DNA of 64,000 nt from Vulcanimicrobiota bacterium (GCA_963695225.1 OY968762.1:384001-448000); one strand, 5' to 3'. Counted from the first letter of the stretch, positions 1 to 10,392 are shown. Notes: generated from the letters alone by a model not told the origin. Numbers and translations are program-made.

Positions 1-529
1 TGGGAGAGTTCGTGATCCAGGTCTTGGCGCCGGAAATGCGATAGCCGCCGGGAACCTTCCGGGCGCGGGAGACCATGCTCCCGGGATCGGAGCCGTGGTC
101 GGGCTCCGTGAGCCCGAAACACCCGACGATCTCCCCCGTCGCCAGCCGCGGCAGGTACTTCTGCCGTTGCTCCTCGGTGCCGTAGGCGTAGATCGGATGC
201 ATGACGAGGCTCGATTGCACGCTCAGCGCGGAGCGGTACCCCGAGTCGACCCGCTCGACCTCGCGGGCGATGAGCCCGTACGAAACGTGATTGACGCCGG
301 CACAGCCGTACCCGTCGATCGTCGAGCCCAAGAACCCGAGCTCGCCGAATTCGTTCATGATCTCTCGGTCGAAACGCTCGTGCCGGTTCGCCTCCAGGAC
401 GCGCGGCATCAATTTCTCCTGGCAATACGCCCGTGCCGCATCCCGGATCATCCGCTCCTGATCGGTCAGCTGTTCTTCGAAGAGCAGCGGGTCGTCCCAA
501 TGAAAAGTACGGCGTTCGAGCGTGGTCAC
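1..529 (-). CDS. gcdH: Acyl-CoA dehydrogenase, glutaryl-CoA dehydrogenase-like (5' part; runs off the window)
   Basis: Not in the ORF track. Manual translation from GTG 529 gives (M)[39 protein letters not shown]...[28 protein letters not shown]...[17 protein letters not shown]...[10 protein letters not shown]; purine-rich RBS upstream. Confidence 0.88.
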   Translation of the reverse strand, partial: MTTLERRTFHWDDPLLFEEQLTDQERMIRDAARAYCQEKLMPRVLEANRHERFDREIMNEFGELGFLGSTIDGYGCAGVNHVSYGLIAREVERVDSGYRSALSVQSSLVMHPIYAYGTEEQRQKYLPRLATGEIVGCFGLTEPDHGSDPGSMVSRARKVPGGYRISGAKTWITNSP

Positions 530-649
530 GAGTGCGTCCCTCTTCCTCTATGCATCCGGCTGTGCATCCGGCCGGGAAGGATATCCACGGTAGATACTAT
601 CACGCAGCAACGCCCTCCCTGGAAAGGCCCCCGCGTCTCCCGGCCGCCT

Positions 650-746
650 GTCGCCCTGAGACCGTCGATGGGTGACCATCCGCGGTCTATTCTGCACCTC
701 AGCCTGTCGAAGGCCGAGGTGGCCGCCGCCGCTCGACAGGTTCGGG
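650..746. repeat. Degenerate short palindromic (REP-like) units with TGAG-NNN-GTCGA loop
   Basis: gtcgccc-tgagaccgtcgat-gggtgac (650-676) and cacctc-agcctgtcgaaggcc-gaggtg (695-721); similar unit at 29541-29566. Confidence 0.45.
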
Positions 747-795
747 GACCGACCACTAACTTACAAGCCGTCGGGCCCAACCGCCAGTTTAGCGT

Positions 796-2192
796 TGTTA
801 GCGCAAAGCGCTGATGTCCGGCTTCTGCAAAGCAGAAATGTCCGGTTCAGGCTGTTGGGGAGGGTAGGCGGAAGGTCTTCCAAGGATGGTCGGCGGCGGG
901 TTTCCGGACCTTCCTCGGGTCGGGGATGCGGCGGTCCAGGTGGGCGTTGAGGTCCTTTGCTCCCACGATCGGTGCGTTGCGAAGGAGCTTGCCTGCCTGC
1001 TCGGCGGCGAGGGTATGATCGCCGTGTCGAACGGTCATGCGTCCGTCGGGGTGGCGCCGGATGAGGATCCGTGAGCCCGCGGCGAGTTGGCGTCGGCTGT
1101 AGGGGTCGACGAGCTTGAAGCAGGCGTCGTCGAGCTGGAACATGAGGTTTCTCGTGACGACGCGTTCGTCGTGTCGGCACAAGATGTCGTCCAGGCGGAA
1201 ACCCTCGATGCTGCGATGGACGTCCTCCGCGTCGGCGGCCGCAACGGCAAAACGCGTATTGTGATCCGCGATGAAGCGTGGCAGGAACGCATTGGCCTGT
1301 TCGATGGTCGCGATGCTCTCGAGGCGCATGCTCTTGATGAGGCGATCTTGGAAGGTTCGGTTGGCGCGCTCGATGCGGCCCTTAGCCTGCGGCGAGTTGG
1401 CGCAGATAAGTTCAATGTCGAGTTGGTCGAGAGCGCGGTGGAGTTGGGTGGTGATGGCGCTGTCGGTGCTCGAGCCGGAATACCGAAAAATGCTGTGTTT
1501 ATCGGTGTATGCGGCGTGGAAGCGACCATAGTTTGCGAGATGAAGGGCGAGCAGCCGATAGTAACCCTCGGTCGTCTCGGCGAGCTCGAAGAGTCCGGCC
1601 GTCACGCGGCTGGTTGCGTCGTCGATGGCGAGCAACAAGGTGCAACTCGGGCCGCGTTCTTCAAACCACTCGTGCGGGGAGCCATCCATTTGCACGAGTT
1701 CTCCGAAGCGCGGGCGACGCCGCCGGAGCGGATGCACGTTGCGCCGGCGCTGTTTGGCCCTCCAGAGGTGTTGCTCGACGAGAAACGCCCGCAGCCACTC
1801 CCGGCTCACGGTAATCCCATCACGCTCGGCGAGGGTTTGGGCCAAGAACGTGGGTCCAAAGCCGCGATACTCCCCCCGATAGCGCTCGAGAACGGCCGCT
1901 CGGGTTTCATCGCCAACCCGATTGTTGGGGACGGCGCCGCGGCGTTTGGAGAGGACGCCTTGCGGCCCGTGACGCTCGAAGGCCCGGACGAGGCGCCTGA
2001 CTTGTCGCTCGGAGATCCCGAGCTTCCTGGCCGCTTGGGCCTGGGTGAGAGCGCCGTCAGCGATTCGCTGGAGGGTCCGCAGACGGTCCTGTTCGGCAGG
2101 GGACATAACAAGCAGCTCCATCGGGGAGCCCCTTGGCCGGACCGGACATTTCTGCTTTGCACGGGACCGGACATCTGTGCTTTGCTCCTACA
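796..2192 (-). mobile_element. Insertion sequence, IS1202 family (formerly ISNCY), 1397 bp
   Basis: TGT...ACA ends; ~50-bp imperfect terminal IRs each with two gcaaagcNNNNatgtccgg units; 15-bp direct repeat ccgccagtttagcgt at 781-795 and 2193-2207. Confidence 0.92.
847..2121 (-). CDS. DDE transposase (IS1202/ISNCY type)
   Basis: N-terminal HTH (AARKLGISERQVRRL), ELVQMDGSPHEWF, IDDATS, YTDKHSIF, SPQAKGRIERANRTFQDRL. Confidence 0.95.
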   Translation of the reverse strand: MELLVMSPAEQDRLRTLQRIADGALTQAQAARKLGISERQVRRLVRAFERHGPQGVLSKRRGAVPNNRVGDETRAAVLERYRGEYRGFGPTFLAQTLAERDGITVSREWLRAFLVEQHLWRAKQRRRNVHPLRRRRPRFGELVQMDGSPHEWFEERGPSCTLLLAIDDATSRVTAGLFELAETTEGYYRLLALHLANYGRFHAAYTDKHSIFRYSGSSTDSAITTQLHRALDQLDIELICANSPQAKGRIERANRTFQDRLIKSMRLESIATIEQANAFLPRFIADHNTRFAVAAADAEDVHRSIEGFRLDDILCRHDERVVTRNLMFQLDDACFKLVDPYSRRQLAAGSRILIRRHPDGRMTVRHGDHTLAAEQAGKLLRNAPIVGAKDLNAHLDRRIPDPRKVRKPAADHPWKTFRLPSPTA

Positions 2193-2207
2193 CCGCCAGT
2201 TTAGCGT

Positions 2208-2237
2208 TTGACATCGGATACGTCCCCCTGGTATTCT
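2208..2237 (+). promoter_or_regulatory. Sigma70-type promoter of the r-protein cluster
   Basis: TTGACA (2208-2213), 18-bp spacer, extended -10 TGnTATTCT (2229-2237). Confidence 0.7.
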
Positions 2238-2358
2238 TTGCAGGTTGCGGTCCAGGGCCGCGAGTGTGTTTTGTGCGCTCGCGGCGAAAGAAATACATCA
2301 ACGCCAGGCTCCGTGGACTACAACTCGCGGAGCCGGACTCCTCAAGGGTGAGACGTCA

Positions 2359-3030
2359 ATGAAGAACATCATCGGCCGGAAGGTCGGGATGACAAGCGTG
2401 TTCACCGCCGACGGGCGGTACGTTCCGGTTACGGTCATCGAGGCCGGGCCGTGCACCGTGCTGCAAAAGAAGACGGCGGATAGCGACGGCTACGAGGCGG
2501 TCGCGCTCGCTTTCGCGGACGTCAGACAGTCGCGGCTCACGAAGGCGCACGCCGGGCGGTTCAAGGCCGTCGGCATCGAGCCCAAGCGTTACATCCGCGA
2601 ATTCCGCAGCGGCATCGAAGGCGTCGACGTCGGCACGACGGTCACGGTCGCAGGGTTCCTCGAAGGCGATCGCGTCGACGTGGTCGGCATCTCGAAGGGC
2701 CACGGCTTCGCCGGCGGCATCAAGCGCCACAACTTCAGCGGCGGCGGCCAGACGCACGGATCGATGATCCACCGGCAGCCCGCCTCCAACGGCGACACGA
2801 ACGCCGGGCGCGTCGTGAAGGGCAGCCGCCGTCCCGGGCACTACGGCGTGGACCGCACGACGCATCAGAATCTCGAAGTGATCCGCGCCGACGCGGAACG
2901 CAACGTGCTGCTCGTGCGCGGGCCGGTCCCGGGCGCCAAGAACGGGATCGTCGTCATTTCGGCGACCGTGAAGCCGGCGAAGGTCGTCGCCGAGAAACCG
3001 GCGGCGAAGGCCGCGGCCGGAGGGAAGTAA
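2359..3030 (+). CDS. rplC: 50S ribosomal protein L3
   Basis: MKNIIGRKVGMT, VPVTVIEAGPC, SKGHGFAG; start reassigned to ATG 2359. Confidence 0.97.
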   Translation: MKNIIGRKVGMTSVFTADGRYVPVTVIEAGPCTVLQKKTADSDGYEAVALAFADVRQSRLTKAHAGRFKAVGIEPKRYIREFRSGIEGVDVGTTVTVAGFLEGDRVDVVGISKGHGFAGGIKRHNFSGGGQTHGSMIHRQPASNGDTNAGRVVKGSRRPGHYGVDRTTHQNLEVIRADAERNVLLVRGPVPGAKNGIVVISATVKPAKVVAEKPAAKAAAGGK

Positions 3031-3695
3031 TGCCGAACGTCATCGATCCGACCGGCGCGACCGTCCGTCAAGAAGCCGTCCCTGCCGCATTCGCGGGCGA
3101 CGTTTCCGGCAAGACGAACGTCATGTTCCGCGCGGTCTTCCGCGAACTCTCGAATCCGCGCGCCGGGACGCACTCGACGCTGCGCCGCGACGAAGTCTCC
3201 GGCGGCGGGCGTAAGCCGTGGAAACAGAAGGGGACCGGCCGCGCCCGCCAGGGTTCGACCCGTTCGCCGCAGTGGACCCACGGCGGCGTCGTCTTCGGTC
3301 CGAAGCCGCGCTCGTACGTCACCTCGCTGAACAAGAAGGAACGCCGGGCCGCGCTCCACGCCGCCCTCTCCGATCGATTCGGCTCGAACTCCGTGACGAT
3401 TCTCGCGACGGAGAATTTCGCGCCGAAGAAGACGCGCGATCTCGTCGCGCTCCTGTTCGGCACCGCGAAGGCCGCGAAGACGGCGCCGCGCGTCCTCGTC
3501 GTGTACGCGGAGAGCGAGCAGCAAACGCTCGGCGAGCAACTCGTCCTCACCGGTCGCAACGTCCAGGCGGTGCGCGTGACGCACACGGGCGCGCTCGACG
3601 TCAAGGACGTCTTGGGCGCCGCTCACGTCGTGCTGACCGCGGCGGCGTTCCAGCAAATTTCCGACGCCTTCGCCGGCAAGAAAGCGAGCGCCTGA
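3030..3695 (+). CDS. rplD: 50S ribosomal protein L4
   Basis: [25 protein letters not shown]. Confidence 0.97.
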   Translation: MPNVIDPTGATVRQEAVPAAFAGDVSGKTNVMFRAVFRELSNPRAGTHSTLRRDEVSGGGRKPWKQKGTGRARQGSTRSPQWTHGGVVFGPKPRSYVTSLNKKERRAALHAALSDRFGSNSVTILATENFAPKKTRDLVALLFGTAKAAKTAPRVLVVYAESEQQTLGEQLVLTGRNVQAVRVTHTGALDVKDVLGAAHVVLTAAAFQQISDAFAGKKASA

Positions 3696-4003
3696 TGGAA
3701 GCCAGAGACGTGATCATCGCTCCGCTCATCACCGAAAAGTCGATGGCGGGGCTGCCCCTCCAGCAGTACGCCTTCGAAGTCCACCGCGACGCGACGAAGA
3801 CGCAGATCCGTCATGCGGTCGAGGCGATCTTCAAGGTGGACGTCGTCAAGATCAACACCGTCAACGTCGGCGGCAAGCTCAAGAACTTTGCGCGCAAGGG
3901 CAAGCGCTCGACCGGCAAGCAGCCGGATTGGAAGAAAGCCGTCGTCACTTTGAAGCCGGGCCAGAAGATCGAACTGGGCGGCGTCAACTACTTCGAGCAA
4001 TAA
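3695..4003 (+). CDS. rplW: 50S ribosomal protein L23
   Basis: [16 protein letters not shown]...[11 protein letters not shown]...[13 protein letters not shown] overlap with rplD. Confidence 0.96.
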   Translation: MEARDVIIAPLITEKSMAGLPLQQYAFEVHRDATKTQIRHAVEAIFKVDVVKINTVNVGGKLKNFARKGKRSTGKQPDWKKAVVTLKPGQKIELGGVNYFEQ

Positions 4004-4007
4004 TCGC

Positions 4008-4835
4008 ATGCCAGTTAAACGTTATCGACCGACAAGCGCAGGCCGGCGCTTCCTGACCGTGATGGACTTCTCGGAACTCACCAAGAAAGAGCCCGAGAAA
4101 GCGCTCGTCGAGGTCAAGAAGAAGCATTCGGGCCGGAACAACAACGGCCACATCACCGTCCGCCACAAAGGCGGCGGGTACCGCAAGCAGTATCGCATCG
4201 TCGATTTCAAGCGGACGAAGGATGCGATCCCGGCAAAGGTTGCGGCGATCGAATACGATCCGAACCGCTCGGCGCGGCTCGCGCTGCTGCATTATCGCGA
4301 CGGCGAGAAGCGCTACATCCTCGCGCCGCTCGGCATCAAGGTCGGCGACGTCCTGGAATCCGGCCTCAAGGCCGATATCAAGACCGGCAACGCATTGCCG
4401 CTCTCGGCGATCCCGCTCGGTACCGTCGTCCACAACGTCGAGTTGCGGCCGGGGCAGGGCGGTAAGCTCGTGCGCAGTGCCGGCGGCTCCGCGCAGTTGA
4501 TGGCGAAGGAAGGCGACTACGCGACGCTCCGCATGCCCTCGGGCGAGATGCGGAAGATCCTGCTCGTCTGCCGCGCGACGATCGGCCAACTCGGCAACGT
4601 CGATCACGAAAACGAAGTCGTCGGCAAAGCCGGGCGCCAGCGCCATCGGGGCAAGCGCCCCTCCGTGCGCGGCGTCGCGATGAACCCGGTCGACCATCCG
4701 CACGGCGGCGGCGAAGCCCGCTCGACCTCGGGCCGTCCTCCGACGACGCCTTGGGGTCAGATGACGATGGGTAAGAAGACGCGTCGCAACAAGCGCACGA
4801 CGAAGATGATCGTCCGGCGCCGGAGCTCCAAGTAA
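4008..4835 (+). CDS. rplB: 50S ribosomal protein L2
   Basis: [24 protein letters not shown]. Confidence 0.98.
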   Translation: MPVKRYRPTSAGRRFLTVMDFSELTKKEPEKALVEVKKKHSGRNNNGHITVRHKGGGYRKQYRIVDFKRTKDAIPAKVAAIEYDPNRSARLALLHYRDGEKRYILAPLGIKVGDVLESGLKADIKTGNALPLSAIPLGTVVHNVELRPGQGGKLVRSAGGSAQLMAKEGDYATLRMPSGEMRKILLVCRATIGQLGNVDHENEVVGKAGRQRHRGKRPSVRGVAMNPVDHPHGGGEARSTSGRPPTTPWGQMTMGKKTRRNKRTTKMIVRRRSSK

Positions 4836-4853
4836 GATGAAGGGTCGCAGCTA

Positions 4854-5129
4854 ATGGGTCGCTCGCTCAAAAAGGGTCCGTTCGTCGCGGAACATCTTCT
4901 CGTCAAGGTCGAGAAGATGAATTCGACGCGCGAAAAGCGCGTGATCAAGACGTGGAGCCGTTCCTCGACGATCGTCCCGGCGATGGTGGGGCACACGATC
5001 TCGGTCCACAACGGGAAGGCGCACATCCCCGTCTTCGTGACGGAGAACATGGTCGGCCACAAGCTCGGCGAGTTCTCGCCCACCCGCAATTTCAAAGGGC
5101 ACGGCGGCGATAAGGCGGCGGTGAAATAA
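4854..5129 (+). CDS. rpsS: 30S ribosomal protein S19
   Basis: [30 protein letters not shown]. Confidence 0.98.
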   Translation: MGRSLKKGPFVAEHLLVKVEKMNSTREKRVIKTWSRSSTIVPAMVGHTISVHNGKAHIPVFVTENMVGHKLGEFSPTRNFKGHGGDKAAVK

Positions 5130-5278
5130 TGATGACCGTCAAGAATTCCGTAGCCGGCGGCCCGGCGATCACAAAGGCGCGCGGGAGCGCGCTCCCGTTC
5201 CGCTGCGGCCCCGCAGGGACGCAGCCGCTGATGACCGTCAACATTTCCGTAGCCGGCGGCCTGGAGGGACGCAGCTAA
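5129..5278 (+). CDS. Putative 49-aa linker ORF coupled to both rpsS and rplV
   Basis: TAATG overlaps at both ends; [49 protein letters not shown]. Confidence 0.4.
   Translation: MMTVKNSVAGGPAITKARGSALPFRCGPAGTQPLMTVNISVAGGLEGRS
5130..5261 (+). repeat. 33-bp direct repeat (31/33 identical) flanking a palindromic insert
   Basis: tgatgaccgtcaa-(gaat/catt)-tccgtagccggcggcc at 5130-5162 and 5229-5261; cgggagcgcgctcccg palindrome between them. Confidence 0.85.
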
Positions 5279-5790
5279 TGGCGACTCCTGATACCGCGGA
5301 ACGTACCGAAGCTTTCGCACATCTGAAGTTCGCGCGCGTCGGGCCGCGGAAGTTGCGTCGCGTCGCCGATGCGATTCGCGGCAAGACCGTGCGCGAAGCG
5401 CTCGTTCTCTTGCAGTTCAGCGGCGTGTTCGCGTCGGAGCCGATCGAGCGTCTGCTTCGCAGCGCCGTCGCGAACGCCGAGAACAACCACAACATGGCGA
5501 CCGACGGCCTGTACGTCACGAAGATCACCGTCGACGGCGGGCCCGGCGGCGGGTTCACGAAGCGCCTCGATCCGCGCGCGCAAGGCCGCGCCGCGTTCAA
5601 GCGCAAGCGCATGTCGCACGTGACGATCGGGGTCGGCAGCAAGCCGCCCAAGCATCAGCCCAAGCGGCGCGCCGGCGCGTCGATCGAGCTCTCGACGAAA
5701 GAATCGCGGACGCGCGCGGCCGCCAAAGCCTCCGCCCCCGCCAAGCGCACGCGCAAACCGAAAGCTGCCGCGGCAGGAGCGAGCAAGTAA
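5278..5790 (+). CDS. rplV: 50S ribosomal protein L22 with basic C-terminal extension
   Basis: PRKLRRVADAIRGK, SAVANAENNH, PRAQGRA. Confidence 0.97.
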   Translation: MATPDTAERTEAFAHLKFARVGPRKLRRVADAIRGKTVREALVLLQFSGVFASEPIERLLRSAVANAENNHNMATDGLYVTKITVDGGPGGGFTKRLDPRAQGRAAFKRKRMSHVTIGVGSKPPKHQPKRRAGASIELSTKESRTRAAAKASAPAKRTRKPKAAAAGASK

Positions 5791-6693
5791 ATGGGACAGA
5801 AAATCCACCCGGTCGGCCTGCGGCTCGGCATCACGCGTACTTGGGATAGCCGTTGGTTCGAAAAGAAGAACTACAAGCTGTGGCTCCACGAGGACGCCGC
5901 GGTGCGCAAGTATTTCCTGCGCCTGATGCGGCCGGCTGCGATCAGCAAGATCGAGATCGAGCGTCGCGCGAACCAGGCTCGCGTGATCGTGCACACCGGC
6001 AAGCCCGGCATCATCATCGGCAAGCGCGGCGTCGGGATCGAAGATATCCGGCGCGGGCTCGAGCACCTCACGAAGAAGTCGGTCCAGGTCAACGTCGTCG
6101 AGATCAAGCACCCCGAACTCGACGCGCGTTTGGTCGGCCAGAACATCGTCGACCAGCTCGAGAAGCGCATCGCATTCCGCCGCGCGATGAAGCAGGCGAT
6201 CATGCGCACGATGAAGGCCGGCGCGCGCGGCGTGAAGGTCCAGGTTTCGGGCCGCCTCGGCGGCGCCGAGATCGCGCGCACCGAGCACAACCACGACGGG
6301 AAGGTTCCGCTGCACACGCTGCGCGCCGATATCGATTTCGCGCACGTCGAGGCGTTCACGACCTACGGGCGCATCGGCGTCAAGGTCTGGATTTACAAGG
6401 GCGAGGTCCTGCCGGACGCGCCGCGCGGCGGAGATCCGCAACGCGTGGCCGACCGTTCGGCCGGAGAGCGGGCGACGTTCCGGGATCGTCGCGGCGAGCG
6501 GAATCGCGGCCGCGGCCGCGGTCCGGGCGCTCCGGTCGCGCCGGCTGCCGAGGGTGATGTCGCGGTCGCCGCGGCCGAGCCCGCGATCGCGGTGCCTGCG
6601 AGCGAAGCCGTCGCCCCGGTTCTCAACGAAGCGCCGGCCGCTGAGGCCGCCGCCGAAACGCCGAATGTCGAAACGACGGGAGCGAACGAGTAA
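5791..6693 (+). CDS. rpsC: 30S ribosomal protein S3 with long C-terminal tail
   Basis: [34 protein letters not shown]. Confidence 0.98.
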   Translation: MGQKIHPVGLRLGITRTWDSRWFEKKNYKLWLHEDAAVRKYFLRLMRPAAISKIEIERRANQARVIVHTGKPGIIIGKRGVGIEDIRRGLEHLTKKSVQVNVVEIKHPELDARLVGQNIVDQLEKRIAFRRAMKQAIMRTMKAGARGVKVQVSGRLGGAEIARTEHNHDGKVPLHTLRADIDFAHVEAFTTYGRIGVKVWIYKGEVLPDAPRGGDPQRVADRSAGERATFRDRRGERNRGRGRGPGAPVAPAAEGDVAVAAAEPAIAVPASEAVAPVLNEAPAAEAAAETPNVETTGANE

Positions 6694-7112
6694 TGCTGAC
6701 GCCGAAACGAGTCAAGTGGCGCCGCGTGCACCGCGGCCGGATGAAGGGGCGCGCCCTCTCCGGCAACACGCTGACGTTCGGTGAGTACGGCCTGCAAGCG
6801 CTCGAACCGTGCTGGATGACCAGCCGCCAGATCGAGGCCGCCCGTATCGCGATGACGCGCCATATCAAGCGCGGCGGCAAAGTTTGGATCAAGATCTTCC
6901 CGGACAAGCCCGTCACGAAGAAGCCTGCCGAAGTCCGCATGGGCGCAGGTAAGGGGAGCCCCGAGTTCTACGTCGCGGTCATCAAGCCGGGGCGCGTGCT
7001 CTTCGAGCTCGCCGGCGTAGCGGAACCCGTCGCGCGCGAAGCGCTGCGGCTCGCCTCGGCAAAGCTGCCGATCGGCACGAAGGTCATCTCCCGTACGGAG
7101 GTTGAGGCGTGA
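6693..7112 (+). CDS. rplP: 50S ribosomal protein L16
   Basis: [23 protein letters not shown]. Confidence 0.98.
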   Translation: MLTPKRVKWRRVHRGRMKGRALSGNTLTFGEYGLQALEPCWMTSRQIEAARIAMTRHIKRGGKVWIKIFPDKPVTKKPAEVRMGAGKGSPEFYVAVIKPGRVLFELAGVAEPVAREALRLASAKLPIGTKVISRTEVEA

Positions 7113-7330
7113 AAGCAGACGAGTTGACGGTCCTGCGCACACTCTCCATGGGGGAGCTGCAGCAGAGGGCCCGCGATACGAAGGAAGAGCTTTTCAACTT
7201 GCGCTTTGCGCTGCGGACGGGTCATCTCTCCGACTTCAGCAAGGTGCGCGCGACGCGCCGTACCTACGCGCAAATTCAGACCGCGATCAGCGAGAAACGG
7301 ATCGCCGAGGCGAAACATGGAGCAGCGTAA
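7109..7330 (+). CDS. rpmC: 50S ribosomal protein L29
   Basis: KEELFNLRF; position after rplP. Confidence 0.93.
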   Translation: MKADELTVLRTLSMGELQQRARDTKEELFNLRFALRTGHLSDFSKVRATRRTYAQIQTAISEKRIAEAKHGAA

Positions 7331-7574
7331 CCACCGCCGCGTCAAACAAGGGCGCGTCAAATCGAACAAGATGGACAAGACGATCGTCGTCGTGACCGAG
7401 ACGCGCGTGCCGCACCCGGTCTATGCGAAGATCGTCCGCAAGTCCGTCCGTTTCAAGGCTCACGACGAGAAGAACGAGTGCGGCATCGGCGACCTGGTTC
7501 GCATCATGGAATGCCGTCCGCTCTCGCGCGACAAGCGCTGGCGCTTGATCGAAATCGTGGAGAAGGCGAAGTAA
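7317..7574 (+). CDS. rpsQ: 30S ribosomal protein S17
   Basis: [30 protein letters not shown]; start ATG 7317. Confidence 0.96.
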   Translation: MEQRNHRRVKQGRVKSNKMDKTIVVVTETRVPHPVYAKIVRKSVRFKAHDEKNECGIGDLVRIMECRPLSRDKRWRLIEIVEKAK

Positions 7575-7580
7575 CAAACG

Positions 7581-7958
7581 ATGATTCAGCAAGAGACGCG
7601 GCTCAAGGTCGCGGACAACTCGGGGGCGCGCGAACTCCTCTGCATCCACGTGCAGGGCGGGAGCCGGCACCCCTATGCCTTCGTAGGCGACATCATCGTG
7701 GGCACCGTCAAGAGCGCGATCCCGGGCGCCGCGGTCAAGAAGGGTCAAGTCGTCAAGGCGGTCGTCGTGCGCTGCAAGCAGCCGCTCAAGCGACCCGACG
7801 GCTCTTCGATCCGCTTCGACGAGAACGCGTGCGTCATCATCAAGGGCGACAAGGACAACTTCGATCCGCGCGGGACGCGCGTCTTCGGCCCGGTCTGCCG
7901 CGAGCTGCGCGACCGCGGTTTCCTGAAGATCGCTTCGCTCGCGCCGGAGGTGCTCTGA
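7581..7958 (+). CDS. rplN: 50S ribosomal protein L14
   Basis: [32 protein letters not shown]. Confidence 0.98.
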   Translation: MIQQETRLKVADNSGARELLCIHVQGGSRHPYAFVGDIIVGTVKSAIPGAAVKKGQVVKAVVVRCKQPLKRPDGSSIRFDENACVIIKGDKDNFDPRGTRVFGPVCRELRDRGFLKIASLAPEVL

Positions 7959-7959
7959 C

Positions 7960-8292
7960 GTGGCGCGCATCGTCAAAGGCGACACCGTCGTGATCCGCCG
8001 CGGCAAGGAAAAAGGGAAGCGCGGAACCGTCAAGCACGTCTTCCCGAAAGAAGGGACGGCGACGGTTGAGGGCCTCAACGTCGTCAAGCGCCACACCAAG
8101 CAAGGCATGGGCGGGGCGAAGGCTGCCGGCATCTTCGAGAAGGAAGCTCCGCTCCCGCTCTGCGCACTGATGATCGTCGATCCGAAGACGAACGTGCCCA
8201 CGCGCGTCCGCCGCGTCCGCAAGGCGGACGGCACGATCGCTCGCGTCGCCGTGCGGTCGGGCGAAGAACTTCCTCCCTCGGCGAAGGGGTAA
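7960..8292 (+). CDS. rplX: 50S ribosomal protein L24
   Basis: KGDTVVIRRGKEKGKRG, VEGLNVVKRH. Confidence 0.96.
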   Translation: MARIVKGDTVVIRRGKEKGKRGTVKHVFPKEGTATVEGLNVVKRHTKQGMGGAKAAGIFEKEAPLPLCALMIVDPKTNVPTRVRRVRKADGTIARVAVRSGEELPPSAKG

Positions 8293-8298
8293 TAGAGC

Positions 8299-8856
8299 AT
8301 GGCTGCTACGAGATTGCGCGAGAAGTACCAAGGACCGGTCCGCCAGGCGCTGGTCGAAAAGTTCGGCTACAAGAACGTTCACGAGATCCCCAAGCTCGAG
8401 AAGGTCGTCATCAACATGTCCGTTGGTGAGGCGATCCAGAACTCGAAGGTTCTCGATACGGCGGTCAAGGAGATCGAAGCGATCAGCGGTCAGAAAGCCG
8501 TGATCACGAAGGCGAAGAAATCGATCGCCGCGTTCAAGCTCCGCGAGGGGATGAACATCGGCGCGAAGGTGACGCTCCGCGGCGAGCGGATGTACGTCTT
8601 CCTCGATAAGCTCTTCAACATCGTGCTGCCGCGCATTCGCGACTTCCGCGGGCTGCCGCGCAAGTCGTTCGACGGCCGCGGCAACTACAACATGGGTCTG
8701 CGCGAGCAGATCGTCTTTCCCGAGATCAACTTCGACAAGGTCGACAAGATGCGCGGGATGGACATCGTCATCGTGACGACCGCCAAGAACGACGAAGAAG
8801 CGACGGAGTTCCTCACTCAGATGGGCCTCCCGCTGCAAAAGGAAACCGGCCGATGA
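8299..8856 (+). CDS. rplE: 50S ribosomal protein L5
   Basis: [27 protein letters not shown]. Confidence 0.98.
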   Translation: MAATRLREKYQGPVRQALVEKFGYKNVHEIPKLEKVVINMSVGEAIQNSKVLDTAVKEIEAISGQKAVITKAKKSIAAFKLREGMNIGAKVTLRGERMYVFLDKLFNIVLPRIRDFRGLPRKSFDGRGNYNMGLREQIVFPEINFDKVDKMRGMDIVIVTTAKNDEEATEFLTQMGLPLQKETGR

Positions 8857-8880
8857 CCGACTCGAAGGGACGCAAGTAAC

Positions 8881-9066
8881 ATGGCGAAGACCTCCTCGAT
8901 CGAGAAGTCCAAGCGCACTCCGAAGTTCGCGGTGCGGCAGCACAACCGTTGCCTCGCCTGCGGCCGCCCGCGCGGTTACTATCGCAAGTTCGGCATGTGC
9001 CGGATCTGCTTCCGTGAGAACGCGCATCGCGGTTTCATCCCCGGCATCACGAAAGCGTCTTGGTAA
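8881..9066 (+). CDS. rpsN: 30S ribosomal protein S14, short Zn-binding type
   Basis: 61 aa; [10 protein letters not shown]...CRICFRE...ITKASW. Confidence 0.97.
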   Translation: MAKTSSIEKSKRTPKFAVRQHNRCLACGRPRGYYRKFGMCRICFRENAHRGFIPGITKASW

Positions 9067-9071
9067 GCGCA

Positions 9072-9473
9072 ATGGGCGTCATCACCGATCCGATCGCCGA
9101 CTTCCTCACGCGGATTCGCAACGCGAACACCGCGCACCATCAAACCGTCGACATCCCCGCCTCCAAAGTGAAGAAGGCCGTGGCCGAGATCCTTCGCGAG
9201 GAGGGCTTCATCCGTAGCTTCGAGGTCGTGCCCGAGGGCCCGCAAGGGACGCTGCGCGTCACGCTCAAGTACGGCCCCGAAAAAGAGAAGGTCATCACGG
9301 GCCTGCGCCGCATCAGCCGCCCCGGCCTGCGCGTCTACACGTCGCGCACGGAGATCCCGCGCGTCCTCGGCGGCCTCGGTCTCGTCATCATCTCCACGCC
9401 GAAAGGCATCATGTCCGGCAAGCGCGCGAAGCGCGAAGGCTTCGGCGGCGAGGTGCTCGCGTATGTCTGGTGA
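9072..9473 (+). CDS. rpsH: 30S ribosomal protein S8
   Basis: [32 protein letters not shown]. Confidence 0.98.
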   Translation: MGVITDPIADFLTRIRNANTAHHQTVDIPASKVKKAVAEILREEGFIRSFEVVPEGPQGTLRVTLKYGPEKEKVITGLRRISRPGLRVYTSRTEIPRVLGGLGLVIISTPKGIMSGKRAKREGFGGEVLAYVW

Positions 9474-9481
9474 GGTTCGCC

Positions 9482-10030
9482 ATGTCTAGAATTGGAAAGT
9501 TGCCGATCGCGGTCCCGAGCAACGTCACGGTCGACGTCGCGGGTTCGGTCGTGCACGTCAAAGGGCCGAAGGGCGAGCTCTCGCAGCAGATCCTCCCGGT
9601 CGTCGAGGTGTCCGTCGAAGGCGGCACCGTCAAGGTCGCGCGCAGCGGCGACGACAAGCCGTCGCGCGCCGCGCACGGCCTGACGCGCACGCTCGTCGCG
9701 AACATGATCGAAGGCGTCACGAAGGGCTTCCGCAAGAGCCTCGAGATCCAAGGCGTCGGCTATCGCGTCAACAAGGCGGGCGAAAAGCTCAACTTGACGC
9801 TCGGCTTCTCGCACCCCGTGGCGATCGATGCCCCGCCGGGCGTCGCCTTCGCGGTCGAGGGGACGACGAAGATCCACGTCGACGGCATCGACAAGCAGCG
9901 CGTCGGCCAGGTTGCCGCCGAAATCCGCGACCTCCGTCCGCCGGAGCCCTACAAGGGCAAAGGCATCCGTTACGAAGGCGAAATCGTTCGCAAGAAGGCC
10001 GGCAAGGCCGGTAAGGCTGGTAAGAAGTGA
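9482..10030 (+). CDS. rplF: 50S ribosomal protein L6
   Basis: [22 protein letters not shown]. Confidence 0.98.
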   Translation: MSRIGKLPIAVPSNVTVDVAGSVVHVKGPKGELSQQILPVVEVSVEGGTVKVARSGDDKPSRAAHGLTRTLVANMIEGVTKGFRKSLEIQGVGYRVNKAGEKLNLTLGFSHPVAIDAPPGVAFAVEGTTKIHVDGIDKQRVGQVAAEIRDLRPPEPYKGKGIRYEGEIVRKKAGKAGKAGKK

Positions 10031-10389
10031 TGAGAGTCTCGAAAGACTTGCAGCGCCAAAAGCGCCATCGCCGGCATCGGTTCAAGATCGTCGGAACCTC
10101 GGAACGTCCCCGGCTGCAGATTCACCGCACGCTGCACCACCTGTACGCGATGGTGATCGACGATTCCAAGGGGCACACGCTGGTCGCGGCTTCGACGCGG
10201 GAGAAGGGTCTCGCCGATCTCGCCTCGCGCACGAACCTCGAAGCGGCTCAGAAAGTCGGCGAGGCGATCGCGACCAAGGCGAAGTCGGCCGGCATCACCG
10301 CCGTCGTGTTCGACACGAGCGGCCTAAAGTATCACGGGCGGGTCAAGGCGCTCGCCGACGCTGCTCGCGCAGCCGGTCTGGAGTTCTAA
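10030..10389 (+). CDS. rplR: 50S ribosomal protein L18
   Basis: [21 protein letters not shown]. Confidence 0.96.
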   Translation: MRVSKDLQRQKRHRRHRFKIVGTSERPRLQIHRTLHHLYAMVIDDSKGHTLVAASTREKGLADLASRTNLEAAQKVGEAIATKAKSAGITAVVFDTSGLKYHGRVKALADAARAAGLEF

Positions 10390-10392
10390 CGC

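Noticed and set aside
760..800. dif/Xer site next to the IS
   Set aside because: No XerC/XerD consensus is visible, and Xer-targeting IS1202 members have short DRs.
95..814. 239-aa plus-strand ORF
   Set aside because: Antisense shadow of the acyl-CoA dehydrogenase gene; no recognisable motifs.
5130..5261. Possible mini-CRISPR (two 33-bp repeats)
   Set aside because: Only two imperfect repeats, a 66-bp spacer, no cas genes, and located inside an r-protein operon.
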